Assembly: GCF_006345805.1 (NCBI RefSeq)
Contig: NC_043011.1
Span: 17,434,464-17,498,463, forward strand
DNA from: Octopus sinensis
Taxonomy: Eukaryota
Length of the DNA stretch: 64,000 nucleotides
Direction of reading: 5' to 3'
The notes under the pieces were generated by a model. It was not told the DNA's origin. It saw only the letters and a program-made list of their open reading frames with translations, and ran no database searches. This document shows, one piece after another, positions 13,225 to 25,819 of the stretch (position 1 is its first letter; the number at the start of each line of letters is the position of its first letter). The position numbers were made by a program, and so were the translations under genes.

Positions 13225-13330
13225 TTTGTTGGTCTGAGGCTACAGCAGAAGACATGCCAAGTCACAACAGTGGGACTGAACCCAGGACTATGTGTTTGGA
13301 ACGTAGTTTGTTACCACACAGCCATACCTA
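13225..13330 (-). mobile_element. SINE family A head fragment
   Basis: gggactgaacccaggac...ttaccacacagccat. Confidence 0.75.
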
Positions 13331-13949
13331 TCCCCATGTATGTCTGTGTGTGTGCGTATGTGTATATGGGTAGATATATTATGCATGTATATATGTGTAT
13401 ATATATGTGTATATATATGTGTACATATTACATGTACATCTATATATATACATCTACACATAAAATACAAAATACAAAGTTATATCTTGATATCGCTAGA
13501 GATAACAATACTCAAAATTGGAATTGTAGGCCCATCTCTTGCAATTTCGATCAATTGGATCTTGTCCTCCCTCTTGTATAGAAGTGTACGGCTGCAGTGA
13601 AATTTATTTTTGGACTTTCTTCTATCGAAGGCATTTTAACAAAAATGCTTCCGTAAAGACGGTGAAAATATTGTCAATTTCCACAAACGGGACACAATTC
13701 AATTTTTAAACAATGACCAAAGACCCTTCTCTGAAAGGGGGAGGGTTACGGTTTACAATTATTTAACAAATGCAACACAACAATGTTTCCCTGACGAGAA
13801 ACCAACAAACGTGATTACAATAGTCAAACAGTAATAATAATAACAACAAACCTTTTTAATTTATCCCCATTTATGTGAAACCACTTATTCAAGTTCAAGT
13901 CATTGATGCCATTTTATACGAATTGCTAATACACACACATAATAAGGGT

Positions 13950-14347
13950 GAAAAATTGAATATCAATTTGATTAATATGAATTGAAAACCAGTGGTGTAG
14001 CATATAAGACCATAGCGGATCTTCTTCTAGCAAAATGGATGACCATTGTTAATGGTTCATCCCTGTTATATAATACTTTCACTTTAATAGTGAAAGTGTC
14101 TGCATTACATAAGAGAGGCGTTTTTGTTTCACTTTTAACACGTAATACTGAAATAGTGGAGAAGATATGATATTGCTGTGGGGTCGCCATAGGGTAAAAG
14201 TTAAGATTTTTTGGCCGATGACACTCCCCGGACCTTAAGTAAGGCATGTGTAAAATTTGAATGAAATTGGTTGTGTAGTTCTCAAGTTTTAGAGAAACAC
14301 ACAGACAGACAGACAGACACACATTCTCAGTTTTATATATATAGAGA
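13950..14347 (-). mobile_element. Helitron 5' terminal region
   Basis: Minus strand A|TCTCTATATATATAAAACTGAGAATGTGTCTGTCTGTC is a typical Helitron 5' end, on the same strand as the Rep fragment. No matching 3' CTAG hairpin was found. Confidence 0.7.
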
Positions 14348-14436
14348 TTATGTATATATATATATATATTATTATATATATATATATAATGTATATATAT
14401 ATATATATAATATATATATATAATATATATATATAT

Positions 14437-14839
14437 AGGCGCAGGAGTGGATGTGTGGTAAGTAGCTTGCTAAACAAACAACATGGTTCCGGGTTCGGTC
14501 CCACTGCGTGGCACCTTGGGCAAGTGTCTTCTACTATAGCCCCGGGCCGACCAATGCCTTGTGAGTGGATTTGGTAGACGGAAACTGAAGGAAGCCCGTC
14601 GTATATATGTGTATATATATGCGTGTGTGTGTTTGTGTGTCTGTGTTTGTCCCTCTAGCATTGGTTGACAACCGATGCTGGTGTATTTATGTCCCCGTTA
14701 CTTAGCGGTTCGACAAAAGAGACCAATAGAATAAGTACTGGGCTTACAAAAGAATAAGTCCCGGGGTCGAGTTGCTCGATTAAAGGCGGTGCTCCAGCAT
14801 GGCCGCAGTCAAATGACTGAAACAAGTGAAAGAGTGAAA

Positions 14840-14842
<3 letters not shown>
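14437..14842 (+). mobile_element. SINE family A, full length
   Basis: aggcgcaggagtgg...gaaacaagtgaaagag. Confidence 0.9.
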
Positions 14843-14932
<90 letters not shown>

Positions 14933-14934
<2 letters not shown>

Positions 14935-15153
14935 CACGGGGTGGTGTAAAGTTCATGGTTTGGGTAAGAGAAAATAAAGGAGAATCAGTTAATTACGATT
15001 TCATTCAACATATTCCCCTCTCAGACCCACATATTTATTATACCATTCCTTCAGTTTCTCTAAGCCTTGTAAAAGAACTCGGAAGTTTGAGCCTCCAACC
15101 AGTCCTCTCGTGATACCCTTAAAGCCAGGAAGTTGTTCAGCTCCCTCCCCGTA
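14933..15153. mobile_element. Tc1/mariner-type MITE
   Basis: Degenerate TIRs tacacggggtggtgtaaagttcatggttt / aaagccaggaagttgttcagctccctccccgta in TA context. A related copy lies at about 28105-28327. Confidence 0.65.
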
Positions 15154-15170
15154 ATTATATATATATATAA

Positions 15171-15458
15171 AGTAAAAAGTGAAAGAGTGAAAAGGAAGAG
15201 TAAGTACGGTTAGGCAGGTTTTTAATCGCTACAAATGTTTTGATACTTACAGATCCTCGTATATACAGGATTTAAAGTTGAGCTTAAATTTAATTATGTA
15301 GCGATTTACCTGTATAAGAAGACTGTATATGTAACTCCTCAGGTGATATTCAGTTGCTGTCTCCGTAAGGAAATTAAGATTTCCATGCTACAACATCCAT
15401 GGCTTCTTCTTTGAAAATATATTCCTTACTCTTCCTTTCGACTCTTTTACGTTTTACT
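15171..15458. mobile_element. MITE-like element with ~34-bp inverted termini
   Basis: agtaaaaagtgaaagagtgaaaaggaagagtaag versus cttactcttcctttcgactcttttacgttttact. Confidence 0.6.
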
Positions 15459-15665
15459 TTTTATTTTTATTTTCACTAACGAGGAATACCTAAGAATTGG
15501 TAGCATACCATAAGAATACTACCGGCTATTTGGGAATTCTAAGGATGAAGGAGGTCTATTTGTACTCTTATAAATTCTTAACAGAACACACCTCAACTAT
15601 ATATATATAAATAAGGATAAGATCGTTAATTTAAAATAAAATAACGATTTTATGAAGTGGCAAGA

Positions 15666-15881
15666 GTATCTACGAGATACCACCATGGTGAAAATAGCAG
15701 CCGTGATCTGACTAAAATCACCTTAATTGTCCATGTAGCAACACGGAAAGAAAACAAAGAGACAAGATGAAAGTAGTAATAAATTACTTGTTTTCTCTCC
15801 GTGTTGCTACATGGACAATTAAGGTGGTTTTAGAGTCAGATCATGGCTGCTATTTTCAGCATGGTGGTATCTCGTAGATAC
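15666..15881. repeat. Fold-back: ~92-bp inverted arms with a ~30-bp spacer
   Basis: 15666-15757 is the near reverse complement of 15788-15881. Confidence 0.9.
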
Positions 15882-15934
15882 CCTAATTTATAATTCTATA
15901 TATATATATATTTATACACACGCACGCACACACA

Positions 15935-15968
<34 letters not shown>

Positions 15969-16367
15969 TAAATGCGGTTGATGTCTTTCAGTACCTAGCG
16001 CGAGCCCGGTATTTGGCAGAGAAGTCCATTGGATTTCAAATCTTAAAATTGTCTTAACAATACATTAAGTTATGAGGTCTGTTATATGTTGAAATAGTAA
16101 TATAAATTTTAAGATGCGGCAGTTATTTCCATACGCCAAGTTTCTCTCTGGTATTTAAGATTTTAAAGTATCCTCTATTACTAAGGCGTTGCTGTTCTAC
16201 TGAAAATTTCACTTTCATTCGCATATATAATATAACAAAGACATCATCACTAACGTAAGAAAAGAAGACTATATCATTTTCTCTACTATAGCACTTATTT
16301 CATCATCATGGTTTCTGAGTGAATGTATAGAATGATAATTTAATCAAACAGCATTCTAATTAATATA

Positions 16368-16570
16368 GGGAGAGTTTACGAAAAAAACAAAAGACGAAGA
16401 CAGGTGGTGTACAAAACAAACAGATGTATTAGTATAACGCTCAGGAATAGAAAAAATATTTTACGTTTCGAGCCTACGCTCTTCTACAGAAAGGGACACA
16501 GAAAAACCAAGGAGAGAAACAAGGAGAGAAAAAATGTGTGTAGTGGCTAACGATATATCATGGCGACTGA
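16368..16570 (-). mobile_element. PLE pLTR-like remnant; second copy at 36278-36468
   Basis: Shared ~200-bp sequence. The minus strand has a hammerhead-like ctgtaga-a-gagc-gtag-gctc-GAAA-cg-ta with the core A6 replaced. Confidence 0.6.
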
Positions 16571-17744
16571 TTAGTATTCTAATTAGTATGCTTTTGTTTG
16601 TCAGAAATAGTTCCTGCTAATAATTTAATGTTTTTGTATGTTAATATAATACTTATATTCGGGCGTTGCTAAACTTTTGATCTGTATCTATTGATGATTT
16701 GGCGGGAATACGTTATTTTTGGTAAAGCTAGAGTTTAGATTTTGTTAATATTCGTTTTTATATGCATATTATACGATTTAAAATATTCCATCATTTCAAA
16801 TATTATTTAAGGGTACTGCATACTTATGCCAATAACTTTTCAATTGCTAATGTAGTTTACATACACACATCTGTATAATACAACCGTCAACTGATTTCCC
16901 ATAATTCATGGTGGTTACTTCCCACCATTGTTTATTCATACAATATAATTGAATATAATTGACTCTAGAACACACAATAACAACAACAACAACAACACAC
17001 ATAGACACACACACACAGATTCATACGTGTCTGTGTGTGTATGGGAATATAAATGCATTCCACAAAGACAAAGATTTCAATATATCAAGTGAACACATTT
17101 GAGGTAGCATTACAATAGAAAAAAAAGACGATATCATTTCCTCTGCTTTAGCACTTATTTCACCATTATTGTTTTCTGAGTGGACGTATATTAAATTTTC
17201 GTGAAGAAACAAGCGGTCTACCTGCATCATAGAATGACTGGCATTCTAAAAGATAACCTACACCACGTATTTTCACATCTACATAATACCTACACGCACG
17301 CACACACACGCACACACACACAAGTACATACATAATTGCAGTTTAACATTATTACACATGAAATTAATTCTATCTGCAACAAAGATGCCACATTTAGAAA
17401 ATCAACATTCGATAAAAGAGAGCATAATATACTTAACACCACATTGTGTGGTATGGAATCTTGAAGGACACATCGAATAATTTAGATTGTATTCTTCAAC
17501 TCTAGTACTTTAGATTCAGAACACTTTGAGATAAGACACAATCTCTTCTAAAGTACCGTTTCCCTGCTCTCTTATATACAATTAACGGTAGCTACTACGG
17601 ATAAAGAACATCAGCGACTGGTTACTACTCAGAGAGACTTGAAAAGCTCCTTGCATTCACTGGAAATGAGGTAATTCGTAAACGGATTGAAAGCTTTCTC
17701 AAGAACAGGCGCACGCATTTTTTATTAAAATAAATCCGGTTTAA

Positions 17745-18126
17745 AATAAATCCGTTCGGAATTTTTCAATAAAAAGGATTATCCTTGTTTATTCTTTCTT
17801 GTGTAGAGATTCTGTCTTTACATTGATAGAAAGGGAATATGTGAAATTTGGGATTTTTATCTCTAGCGCAAGAGTCTATGGGGCTACTGAGTGGAATTTG
17901 ACGGTATTGTGGTAGATATATCTGTTCTTTATGGACTGCTAGTCTTCTGCGTAAAGGAAGGCTCGTTTGTCCAACATAATTGTGTTGGCAACCAGCGCAT
18001 GTGAGAACTTAGATGAGGTTCTCGGAGGAACAGGAGAAGTTGGCCTTGATTTTAAACTTTGTTCCCTGTTTGAAGGCTCTGAATTTACTTTCAAACAAGG
18101 AACAAAGTTTAAAATCAAGACTAACT
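17745..18126 (-). mobile_element. Penelope-like element GIY-YIG endonuclease fragment (pseudo) with a 5' inverted duplication
   Basis: Minus strand FKQGTKFKIKANFSCSSENLI*VLTCAGCQHNYVGQTSLPLRRRLAVHKEQI...YRQIPLS...FIEKF matches the PLE GIY-YIG pattern. Confidence 0.88.
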
Positions 18127-18468
18127 TCTCCTGTCTAGAGAATAAGACATTTGCCGAAGTGATACTGTGTAGTTTTTGGAGAGAGCCTCATGAGTTAGGA
18201 AAGATCGGTGACAGGGTTCATTGTTCATGTGAAGAATCCAATTCTTCGCGCTCCATAGATCCGGCCACTTTCACCGAATGTCCTCCTTCAAACGCTTCGA
18301 AACATACTGTTATAGCTTGCATATGGTATGTCAGCAAAGCCTGAAGATTGAATGGAGGCACCAGACCTGTTATAAAATGTTGTCCGTGTCTATTTTACTG
18401 CATGAAACTATTAGTAGCTCATAAAATTATATACTATGTTGACTAAACAATATATGTATGTATATATA

Positions 18469-18504
<36 letters not shown>

Positions 18505-18789
18505 TGTATGTATGTATGTATGTATGTATGTATATATATACACACACATATATATATAATACATACACACATACACTTATATATATAAATTATGTGTTAC
18601 TGTTGACAACAAAATAAACTGGAGTGCTCATATAAACAGCAAAGTTGACATGGATCGCAGGGCGTACTCCTGGATCCTCAGGAGTTTTCGGTCTAGAGAC
18701 GTTCCTATTATTATCCTTCTTTTCTCTACTTTTGCTCGTCCTCACCTTGAATATTGTTGTCCTCTGTGGTCCCCCTACACGATATTACA

Positions 18790-19330
18790 ATATTACAATA
18801 ATTGAAGCTCCCCAGAGATCAATCACAAAAAGTAGATGACATAACAATCCTTAACTATTGGGATCGATTCAAAAGCTCAAGATTTACTCCCTCCAACACC
18901 ACTGTGAGCGCTATATCATCTGTATGATGTAGAAAATATTACGTGAACATTCCCCAAATGATATAGCCATCATCTTTAAAATTCAGCCTAGGCTTGTTCC
19001 CCACCCTGTGCAGTCCTTCGACTACAGAAATCACGTTTGTGTAGTATCACAACACTAAGACAGAAACATTTCACCTCAACAGGCCCTGCTCTCTACAACA
19101 TGGTGCCAGCCCACAAAAAGGAGGAAAGGGATTTCACAGCACTTAAACAGGCTTAGATTATTACTTCCAACAAATACCAGAGAAACCACCCACACCCGGA
19201 TATGTCTCTGAAAACAATAATTCCCTGCTCGAATAGGCTGTGGCGCCCAAGAGCTGACTGTGTATCTATTCCATGCGGTGCTATTAAATTAGTCATGGCC
19301 TAGGCCATCTTCGGCCGATACTCCTATAAG
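18790..19330 (+). mobile_element. Old CR1-clade LINE 3' fragment
   Basis: QRSITK...NYWDR...KLKIYSLQHHCERYIICMM*KIL parallels the 8362 ORF. It has stops and frameshifts. Confidence 0.75.
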
Positions 19331-20141
19331 TCATCTCTCTCTGTCTTTCTCTCTCTCACTCTCTCTCTCTCTATATATATATATTATATATTATATATAT
19401 TATATCTGTAAATATAATATGTGACAATTATTCGGTAGCCATGATAAAACTCCGAGTTTCGGATGTCGGGGCGGAAACCCACGCCGGCATCTCTTCAGTT
19501 ATCGGACCATCGAAAATAATGCTATGAAAATGACCGTTAAAACAAAGGGAAATTCCTGTGTTAAGGAATGGAGTAGATATGATCCGGACTATATTTGTTT
19601 CATAGTGAGCGGAAGGGGTTATTATATATACTATAATGGAGAAAGTTGCTTGTGAATTAGGTGTGTAACAATTACTAAAACTACTAAAAGAAAGCAATCA
19701 TTAAAGTGTTAACTGTCTGCTGGAAATATTTTTTTATAAATTAATGTTCTAAGAAATTTCATGTTATTTCGATTTCTCAAGTTTATTGAATTTTTTAACT
19801 CCAGTTTCTCGTAAATTTAAATATTCATTGCATTCACTACGGTACATTTCATTTTTATTTGCAAAGTCTCTCACTTTCTGTTTTAATGTTTTCATTTTAT
19901 GTTTTAATTCGCTATTTGGAAAGTCGACAGTTTATTCTATTAATGTATATGTAATGTAAAAACATTACTTATTGAATGAAACTTTTTTTTAAAATTACAT
20001 GCATAATTTTTGTGCAAAGAATTCTAAAGTGATTTTGTTGTTATGGTTGTTTGTAACCCAATACAACTTACAATAATAACTATCCGGACCGATTTTTCCC
20101 ATTTTCTTTTCTAACTTAAAAACCATGAGAGGAGCTTTTTG

Positions 20142-20553
20142 GGATCGTTTCGGTTTGAACGGCAGTTTTTCTAGCGATGTCATGAAATTATCATCCATAA
20201 TTAATGACCCTAGTATCGATCTATTGTATTTCAATATGTTTTAGGGTTAAGGTTAGGAGTGGGGGAAGGGTATCTTTTTTCTTCACAAATGTAAATAAAT
20301 CCAATCTGTTTCTTAAACGAGGGACATATTCATACGGCACAGAATGTTTTTCACCTCAATAGACGTCAGTGAATGGTTGAAATTGCAGAAATTGAAGAAA
20401 AAAAACAACAAATATCTTACAAACTATAGAATTTTCTCAATAAAGCCAAGGGAAAAAGATGTTTTACACACACATTCTACCAGTATACGAAGTTTAAAAT
20501 TTTTTAGTTACCTAGAAATTATGTTAAAACTGCCGTTCAAACCGAAAAGATCC
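20142..20553. mobile_element. MITE with GGATC TIRs and 8-bp TSD (Merlin- or hAT-like), copy 1
   Basis: TIR ggatc..ttcggtttgaacggcagtttt. Perfect TSD gctttttg at 20134-41 and 20554-61. Internal ttagggtt motifs. Confidence 0.9.
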
Positions 20554-20939
20554 GCTTTTTGCAGTAGAGAAACAAAACAAAACAAAACATATTATAAATA
20601 TTTTCAGAGGAAATGGTGAACAATTCAAGGGACGTTTCACTGTTGTTTCTAGCACAACCCAAACCACTCTCCTTTTTCACTGTGACATGTATTGATGTTT
20701 TCTCAATATTTTTCTTCCATTAAGCATATCTTATGGAATACTGGAGCCGAAGTAACACACGTGTGATCCATTGGTGGAAGAAAAACAACAAAATAAATTG
20801 TCATCGAAATTTTTACCCTCACCTGAATCGAGCGAAGCCGCGCGCGTGTGTGTGTGTGTAAGAATAAAAATTTTCTAACCGAAAAGTATGCCATTAAAAT
20901 GAATTCTCGTTTAGATAACACTTTTTAAAAATCAACAAT

Positions 20940-21374
20940 AATTGCAACATGGAGTATGTTTGTAAGCCATTGAAGAACACACAAAACGTTAGTTTCACTT
21001 CAACATTAAAATTTCAAGAAACACACAAAACCATTAGATTCACTTCAACATTTAAATTTAATTTGTCGAAATATTTTCGTCGCTTTGAGACCGCGACCTG
21101 TTCACTGACAAAGCTTCGTGCTGCATCACACTCGCTACGCAATTACATCTCCGTAATTTAAATTTCATTTCTGTGAAAATATTTTCGTCGCTTCGAAGCA
21201 GCGACCAGTTCACTGATAAAATTTTGTGTGAGTCACTTTCGTGAAGTTTTGTCAGTGAACAGGTCGCGGTTTCAAAGCGAGGAAAACATTTTCACAGAAA
21301 TGAAATTTAAATGTTGAAATGAAACTCATTTGCGTTTTCTTGAATGGCTTACAAACATCTTCAACGCTGCAATT
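20940..21374. mobile_element. Fold-back/MITE-like element with long imperfect inverted arms and internal subrepeats
   Basis: atgtttgtaagccattgaagaa... versus ...ttcttgaatggcttacaaacat. The gcgacctgttcactgac motif occurs twice forward and once reverse. Confidence 0.75.
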
Positions 21375-22819
21375 GCTTTCGCTTCAACTCGCAAACTCAG
21401 GTCAAGTCATTTGCTATGCAAGTGCATCTCCATAATTCTTTAAAACTACTGTGGATAAATGCCCCCAAAGACCTTCTCAGGCTCTGCAATATTTTAATTT
21501 CCAAACAGAAAAAAACGGGGTCAGAGAGTAGGGTTGCAAAAAGTTAATAATTTCTCAAATTTTCTTTTTTATAAGATATAAATGTATTCATGGGGAAAAC
21601 ATATCGAAGAAAACATCAATACATGCGAGAGTGATAAAGAAACCAGGAACGTTGTCTTTGTATATGCTAGAAACAACATCCAAATCGCCCTTAATGTACT
21701 CACTTATCCCTCTGAAAATATTAACAATTAAAAAAAATCACCGAAAATACTTCGGTCCTGGGTTTTGAAGGGCAAAGAAAAAATTAGCCAAAACAGCTCC
21801 GGAATGGGGTGATGAATAAGGGTGTGTGTGTAAAAAAAAAGAGATTTCAAATAATTTTTCATAGAAAGATGACCCCCAACCCCATCATATCGAAGGCTTG
21901 TGGTTAAAAAAATTGGGGAAATTCTCGAAAAAAATTTCCCCACAAATTTCTTTATAATCGTAATCTATGTCGTTTGAAAGGGATGGGTTTTTATAAATTT
22001 TCATTAAAAGATTACCAATTTCCTGAAAATTATGAGGGGAAAAAGTCAGATCATGTAAATTTTCCAAAACTCCACTCTCCACCCACTCGGAAAAAGTCTG
22101 TCCCATACTCTGAAGCCAAAACATCTAAGCGGTATTTGTAGCAAATTTAGTTAAAATGCATCCATTTTCCGAATGTTATGAGGCAACAAAGTGTGGCTCG
22201 TATACATCTGTAGTAATGCTCTTTTATTTATACGATTTTAATTTCATGGTTATTTCATTTTTGCAATGTTCTCTTTCCCCGTTTTTCTCTCTCAGACACA
22301 CACTGAAAAGCTTACATATGGGTTGTTGCATTGTAATCTCTATGTTGATTTGGGGTGGGCGAGGTAAAACTTGAATAATTGTTTCTCCCTCTTTTGTTGG
22401 ACTACTGTGATGTTTGTTTAAAAGAGAGAGATTATGACTGTGATAAAGCAATGAAAGCAATATTTACTAAGCAAGTGAGCACTACTATACAAAGAAATAA
22501 TTTGTTGTAAAATACAATAATTATTAGAAAATTGGGAATCAAATGTGAAAATATTATCGAAAGGCAATCAGAAAACCGCCCAGAGAGAGGTCTTTCTGCT
22601 AGTATACACACACATACACATATGTATATATATACATATATATATATATATATACGTATATACATATATATATATATGTATGTGTATATATAAATACTTA
22701 TATATGTATATGTATATGTATATATATATATATTATATATATATATTATATATATATATTATATATATATAACAAATACAAACATGCATATATACATATA
22801 TGCATGTCTGTGTTGTTAT

Positions 22820-23025
22820 TTGTGTCTGCGTTTGTCCGCAACATCGCTTGATAACCGATGTTGGTGTGTTTACGACCCCGTAACTTAACGGTTCGACAAA
22901 AGAAATCGATAGAATAAGTACTCGGCTTACAAAGAATAAGTCATGGGGTCGATTAGTTCGACTAATGGGGATGCTCCAGCATAGCTGCATTCAAATGACT
23001 AAAACAAGTAAAAGAATAAAAGAGT
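22820..23025 (+). mobile_element. SINE family A, 3' half
   Basis: catcgcttgataaccgatgttggtg...gaaacaagtaaaaga-type tail. Confidence 0.8.
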
Positions 23026-23146
23026 ATATACATATTTATATATATATACACACACATATATATATATATATTTATATGTAGGACCCGGGTTGATTCGGGG
23101 TTAACCACAGTAAATAAGGTACTCAATACATAGCAGAGTAAAATTA

Positions 23147-23282
23147 ATTTATTATATAGAAGGAGCTTCTACAGGACTAGAACTGTTTCATTCAAGAGAA
23201 ATCTTCAGGAAGCTCAGAGCTTCCTGAAGATTTCTCTTGAATGAAACAGTTCTAGTCCTGTAGAAGCTCCTCTATATAATAA

Positions 23283-23284
<2 letters not shown>
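23147..23284. ncRNA. Near-perfect palindrome encoding two head-to-head type I hammerhead motifs (+ 23217-23269; - 23163-23215)
   Basis: The arms differ by one inserted A, centred on A23216. Each reads gagcttc-CTGAAGA-tttc(tctt)gaat-GAA-acag(ttctagtc)ctgt-A-gaagctc. Confidence 0.8.
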
Positions 23285-23377
<93 letters not shown>

Positions 23378-23391
23378 ATATACGTATATAC

Positions 23392-23423
<32 letters not shown>

Positions 23424-23445
23424 GTACATATACATACATACATAC

Positions 23446-23478
<33 letters not shown>

Positions 23479-24211
23479 TGTATGTATGTATGTATGTATG
23501 TATGTATGTATGTATGTATGTATGTATGTATGTATGTATGTATGTATGTTGTATATATGCATATATATATGAACTGTTATCATTTGTTTCATCTATGTGA
23601 ACTTTCATGGCCCCTAAACTTTAAAACGTTTATTCCTTACTTTGTATGTTGAATTTGCTGTAAGTTGTTCGCAGAAATGAAGTATGTATGAATCAAAGAA
23701 ATACTTCGGAGGAGGCGGTGTTTACTGTATATACCGTTCCGTTAGATTTCATCTCAAACTCTTGAAAGCTTTCAGCATAAACACCAAATTATAACAAAAT
23801 GTAAAGGAAAGAAAAATATCTCTTAATATGTACTTTTTAGATAAAATTCTTTTAAAATAAAGACTGTTCTTAACGTAGAGGAAGCCCTTTTGTAATATTT
23901 TCATCTCATTCAATATTCATGTGATTAAAAGATATAATGTAATTATTTCTTTTGATGTTTGAAGCTTGAAGTGAAATGAAATACATTTTAAAGGTTTTCT
24001 TCCGCAATTTGCCATCTTCTTTATAAACTTCAGTTTTCAGTCGCTTTATTTTGGTTGTTCATACTTCTAATGAAATTTTAAAATGTATACAAATATGCGT
24101 GAATGTGTGTGTCTATGTGATTTGTATGCATATATGTTACTTACTACGCACGCACACACACGCACACACACACACACATATATATATATATAAACACACA
24201 CACACACACAC

Positions 24212-24289
<78 letters not shown>

Positions 24290-24586
24290 GGTTATATTTG
24301 AGCGTGTTTATAATCAGGGGTAGAATGAGGTAAACGGTTCATTGCAACAGAAATAACTTGACTGAACTATGATATTTCAATTTCCCTCATTATGCAAATG
24401 TCCAGTTACTAATTTAAGAGTAAATTATAGTAAGTATGGGAGGACGATTTACTCGAGTACAGACTTCAACGTAGTGGAGAACCTACTCGTGTAAACTCTT
24501 CGAAATAGATCTAGATCGTGGCCAGAGTACAATGACATATTCCAATCAAAAAAATAAAGGCACCCCCACCCACACACATATATATA

Positions 24587-25135
24587 TTGGGTTGTCCGGA
24601 AAGTTCGTGCCGATTTTTAAAGGAAAGAAAAAGGTCAATAAATTACTTGCCATTACATTTTTAATCAAACAAATATGAACCATTTTGTTGCACAATGCGT
24701 CTTCATCTTTCCTTTAACTTGAAAATACCCTCTTCCCAGATTTGAGGTGCTTTCATGGCAAAGAATTCATCAAGGTATCTTTTTACGTCACCCAAGGAAC
24801 TGAATTTTTTACCTCTGCAGAGACCTGAATAAGTGGAAATCCGAAGGAGCAATATCTGGTGAATTTGGAGGGTGGGGAAGCGCATCCCAGCCGAGCTGCA
24901 ACAATTTTTGTCTGGTTCCCAAATCATCAAGTACCGAAAATGAACTTTCTTCTCTTCCATGTTAAAGGGTTACAGAATTAACACAGGTTATAGGAACATA
25001 AATCTTCTTCCACGGAAAGATAGCTTAAACTGTGCTCTAAACGGTGTAGTCAAATCCTATTTCATGAACTCAACCATATTCTAAAATAAGTCGAAAGGTA
25101 AGCTGCTATAAATCGGCAAGATCTTTCCGGACAAC

Positions 25136-25139
<4 letters not shown>
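24587..25139 (-). mobile_element. Internally deleted mariner transposon
   Basis: TIRs ttgggttgtccggaaag..gccgattt at both ends with TA TSD. The N-terminus MEEKKVHFR is fused to C-terminal LGWDALPHPPNSPDIAPSDFHLF (YSPDLAP motif) and KKFSSLGDVKRYLDEFF. Confidence 0.93.
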
Positions 25140-25221
<82 letters not shown>

Positions 25222-25570
25222 GCACACAAAGTCTGATGTTTCTATACACTCAGATCAAATGCATTTACAGTTGACTGTTTTTAATCCCTCTGGACTTTAT
25301 AAACCATACATCATGTAAGTCGCTAAACCCATTTAATTATCTGTAGTATAATTTTTCACGTTTATGATGTGTACCTATAAGAAAAGTCTATGTAAACCTA
25401 AAGAATCTTCCATACTGATCATAATGATTATTTTAAGTAACTTAAAGCCCAAAGTTCAAAGGAAGTGGTAACTGGCTTATAACAATAGCGCTTGATTTGA
25501 TTAGCTAGTGATGATTTGCTCGAAGTTTTTCTTAGTAGAGCTAGCAACGAGCACTTTGTTTCTGTTTCAG

Positions 25571-25637
25571 ACACCGTGTATGACAAATGGCTGCAGGCGA
25601 GATCTCACTCCTCTCTCGGACATGGTAATGGCTACAG
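25571..25637 (+). CDS. Candidate exon (DTVYDKWLQARSHSSLGHGNGY-R)
   Basis: Acceptor tttgtttctgtttcag; possible donors ATG|GTAATG (25624) or CAG|GTGAGA (25637). Confidence 0.25.
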
Positions 25638-25819
25638 GTGAGATCTCGTACAAAATGGCGCTGGCTTCTTGTGCCTCACTACAGATACTCCCTCCTGAGA
25701 ATGCTAGTGCGAAATGAGAATGCCTAGAGCAGACACAAAAAGCAAAGATGGCCACCGATCGCAAACAGCAAGATGTGGTGCAAAATGTGACGCAAAATTT
25801 GATAAGTAGAGGAAAATAG

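Noticed and set aside
17967-18344. 125-aa plus-strand ORF
   Set aside because: It is antisense to, and partly an inverted duplicate of, the PLE GIY-YIG fragment.
18660-18715. CTGAGGA and GAAA words on the minus strand as a hammerhead
   Set aside because: Order and spacing cannot form the three stems.
25645-25760. YY1-like AAAATGGCG / AAGATGGCC motifs as a promoter (also at 34542)
   Set aside because: Short motifs only; the downstream ATG frames close within 13-24 codons and there is no independent TSS evidence.
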